A DNA stretch of 63,212 bases, filler included, from Folioceros fuciformis (taxonomy: Eukaryota): NCBI GenBank assembly GCA_049999805.1. It is 5 parts of 5 records of this genome, joined end to end, with 100 filler letters (N's around TTAATTAATTAA, not from the genome) between each part and the next. Parts side by side here need not be neighbours in the genome. Positions count along the whole stretch, not along the records: positions 57,384 to 63,212 come from JBNGIO010005406.1; 4 more parts are not named here. The stretch is one strand, 5' to 3'. The number at the start of each line of letters is the position of its first letter. The stretch's first letter is position 1. The notes under the pieces were generated by a model, which was not told the DNA's origin, searched no databases, and worked only from the letters and a program-made list of their open reading frames with translations. The position numbers were made by a program, and so were the translations under genes. Below are positions 61,201-63,212 of this stretch, one piece after another.

Positions 61201-63212
61201 CAAACATCACAGGCAGCCATTCACAGATGCTAATCCTACAAGAGCTAACAAGATACTGGAGCTCGTGCACTCGGACATATGTGGCACGACCACATACCTA
61301 CTCCAGTCGTCAATAAATGTAAGAATGTATTTAGCCCCGCCGAAGGTGTTTGTGGACATGGGAGCTGAAGAGCCAAACTTTGGGCTGCTTTCAAGAGTAC
61401 GTGAGCTTTGCCCAACGCCAGACTGGGGAGCTCATAAAAACCCTGCACAACGACAATGGAGGGGAGTACTGTTCAAAGGCATTTATAATATACTGCAAAG
61501 AGCTGGGGATATTAAGGCAACTTACCGTACCTTACACATCTTCATAGAATCCAATTGATGAACTGACCAATCAACGCCTGCAGGAGACTGCAAAGTCCAT
61601 GCTGAAATTGTCAGGACTGTCACGTGGTTACTAGGGAGAGGCAGTCTCTATAGTAGTCTATGTGATCAACAGACTGCCCACAAGTGTGTTCAAGGTATCC
61701 ACCCCATTTGAGAGATGGACATCACATAAACCAAGAATGAATCACCTTAGAATCTTTGGGTGCCCAGCATATGCACATCTCCCGGAAGATCAAAGGGTTA
61801 AACTAGACTACAAAGCCCACAAGTTTGTCTTCATTGGGTACACTGAAGGTATAAAAGGCTACAAGTTGTTTGACCCAAACACTAGATTCATCACACATGC
61901 TCGTAGTGTCGTCTTCAATGAGCACATCCTTCTTCATCCCACTAACAAGTTAGTAGAAGAGACGTCCTCCAGTGAGACCTACAGTCAACCATTTGTAGAA
62001 GAACTTGGGTCATAGCCATACCTACCTGTAGCTTCTCAGCCAGCTGTCCCTGTCACACCACCTCCACCGCCTGATGAGCTCAGCACTTTCCCAGGAGATG
62101 ACCTGGATGGACAGCTAGCTGGGTCAGCAGAAACAACTGAACAAATGCAAGAGGATCTAGACCGTGGTGACTCACCTGGTCCCTCTGATGTTTCACCACA
62201 AGAAGATGTTGCAGCTCCTTCAGAAACCCTTTGACCAGGGACAGACCTTGGCACAAGGAGGCGGACGTCATCACGGTCGGAATGGCTGTAGCCACCACTC
62301 TCACCTGCCACCTTCATGGTTCAGGATGGGAGCACACCACTTGACATGAGCGAGCCTCTATCTTACCAAGAAGCAATCAGTCATCCAACAGAAGGCAAGC
62401 AGTGGATGGAAGGAATAAATTCAGAGTACAAGTCATTAGTTGACAACAAGACTTGGGTCCTCGAAGACCTACCTCTTGAAAGGAAAGCAATAATGTGCAA
62501 GTGGGTCTTCAAGAAAAAGTTGAACCCAAATGGATCAGTAGCACGCTATAAAGCCGGATTGGTGGCAAAAGGCTACAGCCAAGTCGAAGGGCTGGACTAC
62601 ACGGAGACATTCTCCCCAGTAGTCCGAGCTACCTTCATCTGCACCTTGCTTGCTTTAGCTGCCCAGTATGACTACAACCTGCAGCACATGGACGTCAAGA
62701 CGGCGTTTCTTAATGGCAAGCTTGAGGAAACTATCTACATGAGACAGCCTGAGGCCTACATCGACACAAAACACCCCAACAAGGTTTGCAGATTGGTAAA
62801 AACCATTTACGGTCTCAAACAATCACCACGTCAGTGGTATAAACGCATAGACAACTATTTGAGAAGCTGTGGCTTTGTTCAAAGTGAAGCTGATAGCAAT
62901 GTCTATATGCTACATGATAAAAGTGGGGTCGTTTACTTAGCTTTGTAAATGGACGATGGCGTCATAGTCGCTAGTAGCCCTCAGCTCATGGCTAGAGTCA
63001 AAGGTTTCCTGACTGCCGAGTTTGACATGTCCGATCTTGGACAGCTGACACTCTTCCTAGGCATACAGATTGTCCAGAATCTATCAAGACACAGCATTTT
63101 CCTGCACCAAGCTCAGTTTGTCAGGCAAGTGCTAGCAAGGTTTAGACTGGAAAATGCAAAACCTGCTGCAACTCCTATGGTAGTGGGAGACAAGCTATCC
63201 CTTGAGCAGTGT
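58222..63212 (+). mobile_element. Ty1/Copia element: LTR 58222-58558, PBS 58559-58570, upstream ORF, gag (ATG 59659), protease, integrase and RT; decayed and cut by the window end
   Basis: LTR TG...CA; PBS TGGTATCAGAGC (tRNA-iMet); 'CNWCMIPCHFEAEC'; 'WFLDSGASAH'; 'LELVHSDICG'; 'HLRIFGCPAY'; 'QHMDVKTAFLNG'; 'YGLKQSPRQW'. Multiple stops and frameshifts. Confidence 0.95.

Overview
Eukaryotic nuclear DNA from a non-seed land plant. Short (~80-120 nt) GT-AG introns, tight gene packing and a PPR with a 'PGxSWW' box suggest a hornwort, lycophyte or fern; this is inference. The window is five separate contigs joined by artificial N44-TTAATTAATTAA-N44 linkers at 21835, 39856, 50116 and 57284. Contig 1 holds a BTB/POZ gene, an RLCK-VII kinase, ribokinase, ORC2 and WASHC4/SWIP. 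Contig 2 holds an F-box gene, a PLS-PPR, BCKDH E1-beta, a DUF4079 gene, PPD3, a bacterial-type Orn/Lys/Arg decarboxylase, an unannotated ncRNA cluster and a partial ACR gene. Contigs 3-5 are nested, decayed Copia, Gypsy and DNA-transposon sequence. Most interesting: (i) a telo-box/TATA-driven polycistronic ncRNA unit (~37690-38250) with one clear C/D snoRNA, one atypical C/D RNA with two apparent antisense elements to 25S domain I, and a third structured RNA of unknown class; (ii) an intronless prokaryote-type PLP decarboxylase with a transit-peptide-like extension; (iii) a PPR with a decayed DYW:WW-type deaminase; (iv) two Copia elements with an extra sense ORF upstream of gag. Family and rRNA comparisons are from recalled sequences, not database searches.
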